Positions 19,600 to 28,631 of a stretch of 64,000 nucleotides of DNA are shown here, in pieces. The stretch is from the NCBI GenBank assembly GCA_050247075.1, contig JBFWUW010000020.1, positions 26,877 through 90,876 on the forward strand, read 5' to 3'. Under the pieces are notes generated by a model. The model was not told the origin of the DNA. It made no database searches and saw only the letters and a program-made list of their open reading frames with translations. Position 1 is the first letter of the stretch; every line of letters begins with the position of its first letter. This DNA comes from Pirellulales bacterium (GTDB taxonomy: Bacteria > Planctomycetota > Planctomycetia > Pirellulales > JBFWUW01). Both the position numbers and the translations under genes were made by a program.

Positions 19600-22500
19600 G
19601 CCTTTCGACACCCTTCATCCATCGACCGGTGGGGACCACGCTGTTGACCGCGGCGATAACGCTGTCCGGCGCGATCGCCTATTTCTTGCTGCCGGTGGCA
19701 CCGTTGCCCCAGGTAGAGTTTCCCACGATCCAGGTTTCAGCCAGCTTGCCGGGTGCCAGCCCAGAAACAATGGCGTCGAGCGTGGCCACTCCGCTGGAGC
19801 GCGAGTTTGGCCGCATTGCCGGCGTGACGGAGATGACCTCCTCCAGCACGTTGGGCACGACCAGCGTGACACTGCAATTCGAACTCGACCGCAGCATCGA
19901 CGCCGCCGCCCGCGATGTGCAAGCCGCCATCAACGCCGCCCGCGGCCGGCTGCCGCCAAACTTGCCCGCCACGCCAACCTACCGCAAGGTCAACCCGGCC
20001 GACGCCCCTGTGATGATCGTGGCGTTGACCTCGCAAACCTACACCAAGCCCAAGATGTACGACGTGGCTTCGACCATCTTGCAGCAAAAACTGTCGCAAG
20101 TCCGCGGCGTGGGCCAGGTCAACGTGGGGGGAGGCTCGCAGCCGGCGGTGCGGGTAGACGTTAACCCTACGATCCTCAACAACCTCGGCCTGGGCCTGGA
20201 GGATGTGCGGGTAGCGCTGGCCAACGCCAATGCCAACCGCCCCACGGGACAGGTGGCGGACGGCAGCCATGCATGGTCGATTGGCGTCACCGACCAACTG
20301 CTGCAAGCCGACGAGTACCGGCCGTTGATCGTGATCTACCGCAACGGCGCGCCGATTCGGCTCGACAGCATCGCCACGGTCAGCGACTCGGTGGAGGACA
20401 TCCGTGCCACCGGCATTACCAATGGCAAGCCGTCGATCATGCTCATCTTGTATCGGCAGCCAGGCGCCAACATCATCGAAACGGTCGACCGCGTGCGAGC
20501 GCTGCTGCCGCAACTGCAAGCCCAGATACCGGCCGATATCCATCTGGAAGTCAGCATGGACCGCACCACCACCATTCGCGCCGGGCTGGCCGACGTGCAA
20601 CTGACGCTGTGCATCTCCGTGGGCCTGGTGATTCTGGTGGTGTTTTTGTTCTTGCGCGACGCGCGGGCCACGCTCATTCCCAGCGTGGCGGTGCCGGTCT
20701 CGCTGATTGGCACCTTCGGCGTGATGTACCTGCTGGACTACAGCCTGGACAATCTCTCGCTGATGGCGCTCACCATCGCCACTGGTTTTGTGGTGGACGA
20801 TGCCATCGTGGTGGTGGAGAACGTCACCCGGCATATCGAGGATGGTGCCACGCCGCTGCGCGCGGCGATGGATGGTGCGCGGGAGATTGGCTTTACGGTG
20901 TTGTCGATCAGCGTTTCGCTGGTGGCGGTGTTCATTCCCATTTTGTTGATGGGAGGCATCGTGGGACGGCTGTTTCGCGAGTTCGCGGTGACGCTGTCGG
21001 TGGCGATTGGCGTGTCGCTTATTGTCTCGCTGACCACCACCCCCATGATGTGCGCGGCGCTGTTGCGGTCGAAGAGCCAGCAGCGGCGCGGCCCCTGGTT
21101 TCGCGGCAGCGAGCGGGCCTTCGATTGGGTTCTGGGCTGGTACGAGGCCACGCTAGCCTGGGTGCTGCGCCATCAACGTACCACCTTGACCGTGCTGTTG
21201 GCCACCGTGGCCTGCACTGTCTATTTGTACGTCATCATTCCCAAGGGCTTTTTTCCGCAGCAAGATACCGGGCGGGTGTTCGGCACGCTGCAAGCCGATC
21301 AGGGAACCTCTTACCAGGCCATGAAACGACTGCTAGAGCAGTTTGCCCAGGCCGTTAGCGAGGATCCGGCGATTGAGGCGGTCAGTGCCTTTACTGGCGG
21401 CCGCGGAGGCAGCGCCACCAATACGGCCCGCGTCTTCGCCAGTCTGAAGCCGCTTGAGGAACGGGGCATCAGCTCCGACCAGGTGATTGGCCGGCTGCGC
21501 GGGCGGCTGGCCAATCTGGCGGGTGCCACGCTAATTTTGCAAACGTCGCAAGATGTGCGGATTGGCGGGCGCGGCGGCAACGCCCAGTATCAATTCACCC
21601 TGCGCGGCGACGACCTGGACGAACTCAACCAGTGGGGCCCCAAGGTGCGGGCCGCCCTCCGCGGGCTGCCGCAAGTGGTCGATGTCAGCAGCGACCAGCA
21701 AAACGGCGGGCTGCAAGTCGAGTTGTCGATCGACAGGGACGAAGCCGCCCGGCTGGGCGTCACGCCCAGGCAGATTGACGACACCCTGTACGATGCCTTC
21801 GGCCAGCGGCAAGTCTCCATCATGTACAAGCCGCTCAACCAGTACCGCGTGGTGCTGGGGGTAGAGCCAGGATTCGGACAAAACCCCGACGGCCTGCGGC
21901 ACGTTTACGTTCGCGGCAGCGGCGGCCAGCAGATTCCACTTAGCGCCCTGGCCAGCTACCGGCCCGCCAATACGCCGCTGGCGGTTAGCCATTCGGGGCA
22001 GTTTCCCTCCGTCACAATCTCTTTCAATCTGGCGGCGGGCACTTCGCTGGGAGAGGCCGTCGATATCATCGAGGCCACCACGACAAAGATGGGCATGCCC
22101 GGTTCCATCCAGGGCAGCTTCTCGGGCACGGCCCAGGCATTTCGCGACTCGCTGCGCGACGAACCGATGCTGATTCTGGCGGCGCTGGTCACGGTGTTCA
22201 TCGTGCTGGGCATTTTGTACGAAAGCTACATCCACCCCATTACGATTCTCTCCACGCTCCCCTCGGCTGGCGTGGGGGCGCTGTTAGCCCTGATGTTGTG
22301 CGGCACCGACCTGAGTCTGATCGCGCTGATTGGCATTATCTTGCTGATCGGCATCGTCAAGAAGAATGCGATCATGATGGTCGATTTCGCGCTGGATGTA
22401 GAACGCCGCCACGGACTGTCGCCCGACGAGGCCATCTTTCAGGCCTGCATCCTCCGCTTTCGGCCCATCACCATGACCACGCTGGCCGCCCTGCTGGGCG

Positions 22501-22664
22501 GGTTGCCGCTGGCCCTAGGCAGCGGCAACGGGGCCGAACTCCGCCAACCGCTGGGCATTGCCGTGGTGGGCGGGCTGATTTTCAGCCAGATGCTAACGCT
22601 ATACACCACACCCGTGGTCTACCTCTACCTTGACCGCCTCCGCCTGTGGTGGAATCGGCCGTGA
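19596..22664 (+). CDS. mdtC: RND efflux permease, MdtC/MuxC type
   Basis: [31 protein letters not shown]; ATGA overlap with mdtB and GGAGGAGG SD. Confidence 0.93.
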   Translation: MSLSTPFIHRPVGTTLLTAAITLSGAIAYFLLPVAPLPQVEFPTIQVSASLPGASPETMASSVATPLEREFGRIAGVTEMTSSSTLGTTSVTLQFELDRSIDAAARDVQAAINAARGRLPPNLPATPTYRKVNPADAPVMIVALTSQTYTKPKMYDVASTILQQKLSQVRGVGQVNVGGGSQPAVRVDVNPTILNNLGLGLEDVRVALANANANRPTGQVADGSHAWSIGVTDQLLQADEYRPLIVIYRNGAPIRLDSIATVSDSVEDIRATGITNGKPSIMLILYRQPGANIIETVDRVRALLPQLQAQIPADIHLEVSMDRTTTIRAGLADVQLTLCISVGLVILVVFLFLRDARATLIPSVAVPVSLIGTFGVMYLLDYSLDNLSLMALTIATGFVVDDAIVVVENVTRHIEDGATPLRAAMDGAREIGFTVLSISVSLVAVFIPILLMGGIVGRLFREFAVTLSVAIGVSLIVSLTTTPMMCAALLRSKSQQRRGPWFRGSERAFDWVLGWYEATLAWVLRHQRTTLTVLLATVACTVYLYVIIPKGFFPQQDTGRVFGTLQADQGTSYQAMKRLLEQFAQAVSEDPAIEAVSAFTGGRGGSATNTARVFASLKPLEERGISSDQVIGRLRGRLANLAGATLILQTSQDVRIGGRGGNAQYQFTLRGDDLDELNQWGPKVRAALRGLPQVVDVSSDQQNGGLQVELSIDRDEAARLGVTPRQIDDTLYDAFGQRQVSIMYKPLNQYRVVLGVEPGFGQNPDGLRHVYVRGSGGQQIPLSALASYRPANTPLAVSHSGQFPSVTISFNLAAGTSLGEAVDIIEATTTKMGMPGSIQGSFSGTAQAFRDSLRDEPMLILAALVTVFIVLGILYESYIHPITILSTLPSAGVGALLALMLCGTDLSLIALIGIILLIGIVKKNAIMMVDFALDVERRHGLSPDEAIFQACILRFRPITMTTLAALLGGLPLALGSGNGAELRQPLGIAVVGGLIFSQMLTLYTTPVVYLYLDRLRLWWNRP

Positions 22665-22761
22665 CGAACTTCGCCCTCGTTGTCTCCGTAGCACGGCCTT
22701 CGGCACACGGGCGGATTTGCCTGCCGTGGATGAATCCCACACTACCGTGCCCCGGGGTACC

Positions 22762-24093
22762 TCACCCGCCCGCCTGAAACAGATCATCAATCGTTACCGG
22801 CCCGGCGTTGGCGTTGGGCACCATCGCCACGGGGCGCGGCTTGGCCACTGGCTCTACGTGGGTTAGCCGCTGCCGGTTGAGCATGCTGCCGGGGGGCATG
22901 GCGGCAATCTTTAGCGGCAGATCGAGTTCCGCTAGCACGCGGGCTTCCAGGTCGCGGTACAAAGCTTCGTTCAGTGCGGCGGCCTCGGCCCGAAAAACCA
23001 CATGGTCGGGCCGCACTTCCAACAGCCAGAAATCGCCAATGGCTTCCACCGGCGCGGGCAGAATCCGCTCTTCAATGTCGCGGACGAAGAACCCCCGCCC
23101 GTCAAACTCGAAACGGTTAAAATCACGGCCATGATGGTCGATGACCGGCGACTGCCGCCCGCAACCGCAACTGTCGCCGGGCCGCAGGCGGATGTAGTCC
23201 CCCAGAATATAACGCAGCAGCGGCATCGCCTCGCGGGTGAGTGTCGTCAGCACGGCCACGCCCATTTGGCCGGGCGGAACCGGTTGCGAGGTGGCGGGGT
23301 CCAGCGACTCCAACAAAAAGTGGTCCCACGCCAGGTGCAGCTTACCGCGCGGGCAATCGGCGGCGATGTTGCCCGCCTCGGTGCAGCCATACATGTTGAA
23401 GACAGGCGCGTTCCAAGCGGCGGAAATCCGCTGGCGGCGGACATCGGTCAGTAGTTCGCCCGCCGTGAGCAGGGCCCGCAAATGTGGAAAATCTCGGGCC
23501 GGGTCGCGGCCGCTCAACCGGGCTGCCTCGGCCAGCCACAGCGCCTCGGTCGGCAAACAGGCCAGCACGGTGACTTCCAACTTGGCCAGCAGGTCAATCA
23601 CTCGGCCATATGGCGAGATCGTCGATCGGCTGCTCACCGGCACCACGCACGCGCCCCGGTTGCGGGCGGCCTGCGTGACAATATGGGCCGGCACGCTAAT
23701 GGCATAGGGAAACCGCACCAGTACCCTGTCGCCGGGGTGCATTTCCGCCGCGGCCTGATTGATCTGCGCGGCGTAGGCGTGCAAATCGTGTTCGGTCATC
23801 CAGCTTGAAGCGGGCGTGCCCGTCGTGCCAAACGACTCATGGTACTGAAACAGCTTTTCGCGCTGCACGGCCACCAGCCCAAACGGAGAGGCCGCCCGCA
23901 CGTCCTCCTTGGTGGTCAGCGGCAGCCGCGCCAAATCGGCCAGGGACTCCACCTTCACATCCCGCAGCAACGGCCCATAGTGGGGCGATTGGCCAGCCGC
24001 CGCGACCGTCTCGCGCAGCGCCGTCAACTGGTAAGGAGCAATCCGCTCCAAAGACCAGGCCAGGCGGTCAGCGTTTTGGTCAGGAAAGGGCAT
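22762..24093 (-). CDS. Phenylacetate-CoA ligase / F390-synthetase-like adenylate-forming enzyme
   Basis: LPLTTKEDVR, YHESFGTTGTP, AGELL, YGCTEAG, AMPLLRYILGD, CGCGR. Confidence 0.88.
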   Translation of the reverse strand: MPFPDQNADRLAWSLERIAPYQLTALRETVAAAGQSPHYGPLLRDVKVESLADLARLPLTTKEDVRAASPFGLVAVQREKLFQYHESFGTTGTPASSWMTEHDLHAYAAQINQAAAEMHPGDRVLVRFPYAISVPAHIVTQAARNRGACVVPVSSRSTISPYGRVIDLLAKLEVTVLACLPTEALWLAEAARLSGRDPARDFPHLRALLTAGELLTDVRRQRISAAWNAPVFNMYGCTEAGNIAADCPRGKLHLAWDHFLLESLDPATSQPVPPGQMGVAVLTTLTREAMPLLRYILGDYIRLRPGDSCGCGRQSPVIDHHGRDFNRFEFDGRGFFVRDIEERILPAPVEAIGDFWLLEVRPDHVVFRAEAAALNEALYRDLEARVLAELDLPLKIAAMPPGSMLNRQRLTHVEPVAKPRPVAMVPNANAGPVTIDDLFQAGG

Positions 24094-24101
24094 GGGAGGC
24101 T

Positions 24102-24157
24102 AGTTGTCAGTTGTCAGTGTTCGGTGTTCGGTGTTTCATACCTCATGCCTCATACCT
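24102..24157. repeat. Heptamer tandem repeat tract (8 units)
   Basis: AGTTGTC AGTTGTC AGTGTTC GGTGTTC GGTGTTT CATACCT CATGCCT CATACCT in exact 7-nt register. Confidence 0.75.
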
Positions 24158-24911
24158 TTCCCGCCTTCCCGATCAGCCTCAATATATTTCCCCCCATCAC
24201 CGCTTCGTGCGCAGCGCTGTCGAGGAGGCGGATTTTTTGCAGTTCCACGAGCGGGTGAGAGAGGGGGAATTCCGAGCCAAAGATCAGTTTTTCCCGGCCC
24301 AGGCGGCGGAGGGCGTCTTTCATGATCAAGAAATTGCCCAGGGAACTCTCCAGGTATAAGTTGGGGAATTGGGCGGCAAACTCGATAGCGTCGGCATCCC
24401 CCGGCCCAAACCCCATATGCCCCAAAATGAAGTTGGTCTTGGGGAACCGCCGGGCATAGTTGGCAAAATCGGCCGTGGTGGCACCCGGCGCGGGGACGAC
24501 ATGCGAATAGACCGGAAAGCCCAAGTCGCCGCATAATTGGGCAATGTCTTCCAGCACCGGCGCGTCGAACTGAAACCTGTGTACAATCGGGGCCAGCTTC
24601 ACCCCGCGGCAGCCATGCTCAAAGCCGGCCTTGGCCATCCGCACGGCCGCTTCGCCGTCGTGCGGGTTGACACACACCAGCCCGTGCAACCGGTCGGGGT
24701 GGGCGGTAATGGCGTCGCACACCAGGTGGTTGGGAATGTGCGGGTCGATTTTGACCTTGCCCATCATCACGCGGCTGAATTGCCGCACGTCGATCATGCC
24801 GCCCGGCACGCACAGCGCCTGGTCAATGCCCGCCTGGTCAAGCTGGACCAGCAGCGTGTCGACATTGCCGTAATCTTGTTTGAGCAGATGAACGTGGCCG
24901 TCGATAATCAT
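24150..24911 (-). CDS. Amidohydrolase family (amidohydro_2) metallo-hydrolase
   Basis: MIIDGHVHL, GVKLAP, PVYSH, FILGHMG, LIFGSEFP, GGNILRL; alternative start 24956. Confidence 0.9.
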   Translation of the reverse strand: MIIDGHVHLLKQDYGNVDTLLVQLDQAGIDQALCVPGGMIDVRQFSRVMMGKVKIDPHIPNHLVCDAITAHPDRLHGLVCVNPHDGEAAVRMAKAGFEHGCRGVKLAPIVHRFQFDAPVLEDIAQLCGDLGFPVYSHVVPAPGATTADFANYARRFPKTNFILGHMGFGPGDADAIEFAAQFPNLYLESSLGNFLIMKDALRRLGREKLIFGSEFPLSHPLVELQKIRLLDSAAHEAVMGGNILRLIGKAGKV

Positions 24912-24984
24912 GATTCGATCGTGGGCGGATGGGCCAAGGGTTGGCGCGATCGGCACATAAGCAGGCAGGCGAACCGCGCATCTG

Positions 24985-25392
24985 CTAAAGGATAGCCGAG
25001 AACCACAGCAGAATCAGCCCCGCATTGGCGACAATTCCCACGCCGGCGTAAGCCAGCAACCGCCAGGCCCGTAGCCGCACGCCACCGCTAAAGCCAATGA
25101 TCCCCAGCACCAATCCCGAACCCGCGATCAGAATCGAAAAGATCGCCAATCCCGCCGCGAACCAATACTTGTCCCCGCCCGCCAGGCCGCCCGTAAACAT
25201 GGACCGCACGAAGGCTCCCACGACAACCACGGCCAGCGGTGCGTAGGCCGAAAACCGGGCGGCCTGAAAAGCAAACGGCCGCACGGCGGCGCTGCCGAGC
25301 GACAGCCCCGCCGCCGGTTCCAAGCTGTTCTCGCCCGCGGGCGAAGCATAAGCGTTGGTGGGGTTTTTATCTTTATCGTCGGAAGATGGCAT
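24985..25392 (-). CDS. Hypothetical membrane protein (3 TM)
   Basis: 135 aa; N-terminal NAYASP motif followed by three hydrophobic segments. Confidence 0.7.
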   Translation of the reverse strand: MPSSDDKDKNPTNAYASPAGENSLEPAAGLSLGSAAVRPFAFQAARFSAYAPLAVVVVGAFVRSMFTGGLAGGDKYWFAAGLAIFSILIAGSGLVLGIIGFSGGVRLRAWRLLAYAGVGIVANAGLILLWFSAIL

Positions 25393-25433
25393 TGTTCCGC
25401 TACGTTGAACGAGGTGGTGGGATGGCGGGTTTC

Positions 25434-25886
25434 TTATGAGATCTTCTTGAATTCATCCATCGTGAGAACCCGGATATTTTGTATGGTTGGGTCTGCTAAG
25501 AGTATCGACTGCAGCATGCCTAGCAACGCGGATAGCGCTGAATCTGACGTTGATCGCCGGATGAGCGAAGCAAACAGTCCTTTCACTCGGTTGGTCTGCA
25601 GTGCCCAAAAGTTGGCGGGCTGTGTGCCGACAGGGCACCAATGGACTGAGAAGCCATATTCGGACCCATTGATGCTCGCATACCAATGCCACGCGCCGTC
25701 GCCGCTCTCCGGCGTTTCAAACAGCAGTGTTGCACCGTGGGCCTCCATTTTGCCCATCAGATACTGAGCGGCGTCCTTGCCAAATGCATTGTCGTCACGA
25801 AACGATCCCTCGGCGGGAAGCTGCGTAGTGAATCGGGCCGATTCAAACAGCATAACGCGGATTTCGTTCGTATTGTCGGCGGGCAT
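25434..25886 (-). CDS. Hypothetical protein
   Basis: 150-aa ORF with plausible globular composition; DNA looks less GC-rich than its neighbours. Confidence 0.6.
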   Translation of the reverse strand: MPADNTNEIRVMLFESARFTTQLPAEGSFRDDNAFGKDAAQYLMGKMEAHGATLLFETPESGDGAWHWYASINGSEYGFSVHWCPVGTQPANFWALQTNRVKGLFASLIRRSTSDSALSALLGMLQSILLADPTIQNIRVLTMDEFKKIS

Positions 25887-26011
25887 TTAGTACGCCATCC
25901 ATCCAATAGTTCGTCGTCACCTGGCTCGTCAAAGTGGCCTGGACTCCTTGCTGGGAGCTGCGTTCCGACTATTTCCGCGAAGCATTAGCATCAACGACCT
26001 CAAGATCCTCG

Positions 26012-26106
26012 TACCAGTTCTTGTCCTACTCGTGCCGCATCACCCGAAGCAGGCGTCGTGCGCGAAAATGGCATTACGCCGCGCGGCGTAAATGCGAGAA
26101 CTGGTA
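26012..26106. mobile_element. Putative 95-bp MITE-like element (TA-flanked inverted repeats)
   Basis: TACCAGTTCT (26012-21) and AGAACTGGTA (26097-106); internal perfect 18-bp palindrome TTACGCCGCGCGGCGTAA (26074-91). Confidence 0.4.
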
Positions 26107-26299
26107 AAGTCAGGGAGGCACTAGCGTTCATTCGGCTTTGTTGAGCACCTTAGACCTAGGCGGCAATCTTGGGGGAGGGCGTTGTCCGGCGTTGGGCCGT
26201 TGCTGAGTAACACCGCATCACTCCGCCAGAAAAGCCTGCCTGCTCAAGGCAGAGGCATCAAGGAGACGCTCTGTAACTTATATCTGAACAACTAATTCA

Positions 26300-26338
26300 A
26301 TTGTCTATTGACAATATGATCGAAAAATAGTACATAAT
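26300..26338 (+). promoter_or_regulatory. AT-rich promoter/operator-like site
   Basis: TTGACA at 26308-13 inside the dyad ATTGTC-TATT-GACAAT; TACATAAT at 26331-38. Confidence 0.35.
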
Positions 26339-26510
26339 TAGCAAGCGGCCCCGCGCGCCGACGCGGCTTTTGCGCGTCCATGTCCCGCAGGGCACCCAAA
26401 CCGCCCAAGTACCACCGTTCGCCGCGTGCTCGTACAGCATGGCCGTGGCGGATGGTGCATCGGGCGAGTGACTGATTTACGGCTACCGTGGCCGGCTGGC
26501 TGGTCGTTCC

Positions 26511-26534
26511 GTCGGAGGCGATCTTATCGCCGAT
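26511..26534 (+). repeat. Degenerate GTAG-type REP copy
   Basis: GTCGGAGGCGAT-CTT-ATCGCCGAT. Confidence 0.65.
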
Positions 26535-26644
26535 CCCTCGACCGTCCAGTACGTGCCACCGGGCCTGACCATATTTTTGAAACGCGGCCCAAACGCGGAG
26601 CGCTATCCGTATGCGCTGCCCGCGCCAGCCGCCACGGGACTTCT

Positions 26645-27006
26645 TACCTGTTCCACGACCCCGTAGTGGAACAGGTAACGTGGAAAAGAAACCATCGCCC
26701 CCCGAAATCACTGGAACAGGTAACGGCGCACGAACCCCCAAAGACCCCTGAAATCGCGGAGAAAACCGACATCACTACCTGTTCCACCACCGTGAAGTGG
26801 AACAGGTACCGTGGAACAGAAAGCCATCACCCCCCGAAATCACTGGAACAGGTAACGGCACACGTCCCCGCAAGAACGCCTGAAATCGCGGAGACAACCA
26901 GCATCACTACCTGCTCCACTACCGTGAATTGGAAGAGGTAACGTGGATCAGGAAACGACCGGTCCCGACCTAAAACCCCCAAGACCGATACCGGCACCTT
27001 TCCCAC
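26645..27006. repeat. ~132-bp tandem repeat (2 full units + 1 degenerate) built from (G/C)TGGAACAGGTA motifs
   Basis: Units start at 26645, 26776 and 26908, each with TACCTGTTCCAC-N9-GTGGAACAGGTA (third copy degenerate); the first two also carry a direct CTGGAACAGGTAAC copy and CCTGAAATCGCGGAGA. Confidence 0.85.
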
Positions 27007-27027
27007 TTGAGCATTCTTGCTCAACCA

Positions 27028-28095
27028 TCAACCGGCGGCAGGTTGCGCATCGCCGGGGTTGGCTGCTTGGGTGCTGCCTGCTGCTGGATTGGCCGCACGC
27101 GCCTGGTCGCGGTCGGAGAGCAGGCGGGCGATGGCTTGCAGCAGACGGTCCATGCCGGTGCCGGTCACGGCGGAGATGGCCAAGACGGGCCGGCCCAGGT
27201 CGGCCTCCAGCGCTGCGCGTACTTGTTCGGCGTCGGGCAGCTCGGCCTTGGTGATGGCGACAATTTCGGGACGCTGGCCAAGTTGGACATCGTACTGCTC
27301 CAACTCGGTGTGAATGGCGTGATAGTTGGCGATGGGGTCGGAGCCGTCCATCGGCTGCGGTTCCACCAGGTGGATGAGAATGCCCGACCGCTCGATATGC
27401 CGCAGAAACTCGTGCCCCAGGCCCGCCCCGGTATGCGCCCCTTCGATCAAGCCGGGAATATCGGCCATCACAAAAGAGCGGTCGTGGTCGATTTGCACCC
27501 GGCCCAGGTTAGGGTACTTGGTCGTGAAGGGGTATGCGGCAATCTCGGGGCGCGCGCGAGAGACCCGGCTCAGCAGCGTGCTCTTGCCGGCGTTCGGTTT
27601 GCCGATCAGCCCCACGTCGGCGATGACCTTGAGTTCCAACAGCAGGTGGTGGCGTTCTCCCTTTTCACCATCGGTATGTTCGCGCGGCGCGCGGTTGGTC
27701 GATGTCTTGAAGCGGATGTTGCCCTTGCCCCCGCGCCCGCCATGCGCCACCGTGACTTGCTCGCCGGGCGCGGCCAGATCCTTGATGACAAAGCCGGCTT
27801 CGGCATCTTTGATGACCGTGCCGGGCGGCACGTACAGAATCAAATCCTTGGCGCCCCTGCCGTGGCAGTCGGCCCCGCGGCCTTTCTCGCCCGACTCGGC
27901 CTGCCAATGTTTGCGGTGGGCCAAGAAGTCGAGGCTATCGACCCCCTCGCGGGCGATCATGATGATGCTGCCGCCACGGCCGCCGTCGCCGCCGTCGGGT
28001 CCGCCGTGAGGGACGCGCTTTTCGTGCCGGAAGCTGGTACAGCCATCGCCGCCGTCCCCCGCCCGCACTTCAATTTTGACCTGATCGACAAACAT
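27028..28095 (-). CDS. obgE: GTPase ObgE/CgtA
   Basis: MFVDQVKIEVRAGDGGDG, GGPDGGDGGRGG, GKPNAGKST, YPFTT, DIPGLIEGA, TKAE. Confidence 0.98.
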   Translation of the reverse strand: MFVDQVKIEVRAGDGGDGCTSFRHEKRVPHGGPDGGDGGRGGSIIMIAREGVDSLDFLAHRKHWQAESGEKGRGADCHGRGAKDLILYVPPGTVIKDAEAGFVIKDLAAPGEQVTVAHGGRGGKGNIRFKTSTNRAPREHTDGEKGERHHLLLELKVIADVGLIGKPNAGKSTLLSRVSRARPEIAAYPFTTKYPNLGRVQIDHDRSFVMADIPGLIEGAHTGAGLGHEFLRHIERSGILIHLVEPQPMDGSDPIANYHAIHTELEQYDVQLGQRPEIVAITKAELPDAEQVRAALEADLGRPVLAISAVTGTGMDRLLQAIARLLSDRDQARAANPAAGSTQAANPGDAQPAAG

Positions 28096-28111
28096 GACAG
28101 GTATTGTACCC

Positions 28112-28145
28112 AAACAAAAAGGGCTGGCCCAGCGAGGACCAGCCC
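28112..28145 (-). terminator. Intrinsic terminator-like hairpin immediately upstream of obgE
   Basis: Minus strand GGGCTGG...CCAGCCC followed by TTTTTGTTT. Confidence 0.45.
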
Positions 28146-28170
28146 GGAGTCGGTTGTGGCGTATTCAGCG

Positions 28171-28201
28171 AAAACAGGCACCGCCCGGCGGGCGGTGCCT
28201 G
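28171..28201 (-). terminator. Intrinsic terminator after rpmA
   Basis: 12-bp stem CAGGCACCGCCC-N3-GGGCGGTGCCTG followed by TTTT on the minus strand. Confidence 0.6.
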
Positions 28202-28207
28202 CGGCCG

Positions 28208-28456
28208 CTAGATGGCATCGACCACGTTGATGCGGCGGCCGTCGCGGTCGAACTTGACGTAGCCTGGCGCGAGGGCGAACAGGGTGAAATCGCTTCCCTG
28301 GCCGACACCGCGTCCCGGAAAGAACTTATTTCCGACCTGACGGATGAGGATATAGCCCGGCTCGACGCGCTCTCCGGCAAACTTTTTGACGCCGCGGCGT
28401 TGGCCGTTGGAGTCACGTCCATTGCGGCTAGAGCCTTGACCCTTCTTATGTGCCAT
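28208..28456 (-). CDS. rpmA: 50S ribosomal protein L27
   Basis: [26 protein letters not shown]...IRQVG...DFTLFAL. Confidence 0.99.
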   Translation of the reverse strand: MAHKKGQGSSRNGRDSNGQRRGVKKFAGERVEPGYILIRQVGNKFFPGRGVGQGSDFTLFALAPGYVKFDRDGRRINVVDAI

Positions 28457-28539
28457 AGTGGGAAATCCTTATGAACGGCTGGGCGACTGCCGCTTGTTAG
28501 GGCAATCTAGCGCTGGAACTAGCTGGGGGCAAAAAAACC

Positions 28540-28610
28540 TATAAGAGGCGATTGCACCGCCGATGGCAACGGATATTTGTCCGCCATCGGCGATGGAATC
28601 GCCTCCTACA
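28540..28610. repeat. Inverted REP doublet (REPIN-like)
   Basis: Degenerate + copy TATAAGAGGCGATTGCACCGCCGAT (28540-64) and consensus - copy ATCGGCGATGGAATCGCCTCCTACA (28586-610). Confidence 0.8.
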
Positions 28611-28631
28611 AAAACGACAGAATCCGTGTTT

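Noticed and set aside
26645-26940. Canonical parS sites
   Set aside because: Half-sites TGTTCCAC and GTGGAACA are separated by 9 bp; no contiguous 16-bp parS palindrome and no parAB or dnaA in the window
26426-26941. 171-aa ORF with a 44-aa repeat (PPKSLEQVTAH...TPEIAE)
   Set aside because: The peptide repeat follows from the 132-bp DNA period; the first period is 131 bp, the N-terminus looks non-coding and it contains a REP
26645-27006. CRISPR array interpretation of the repeat region
   Set aside because: Sequences between the hairpins are themselves repeated rather than unique spacers, the period is ~132 bp and there are no cas genes
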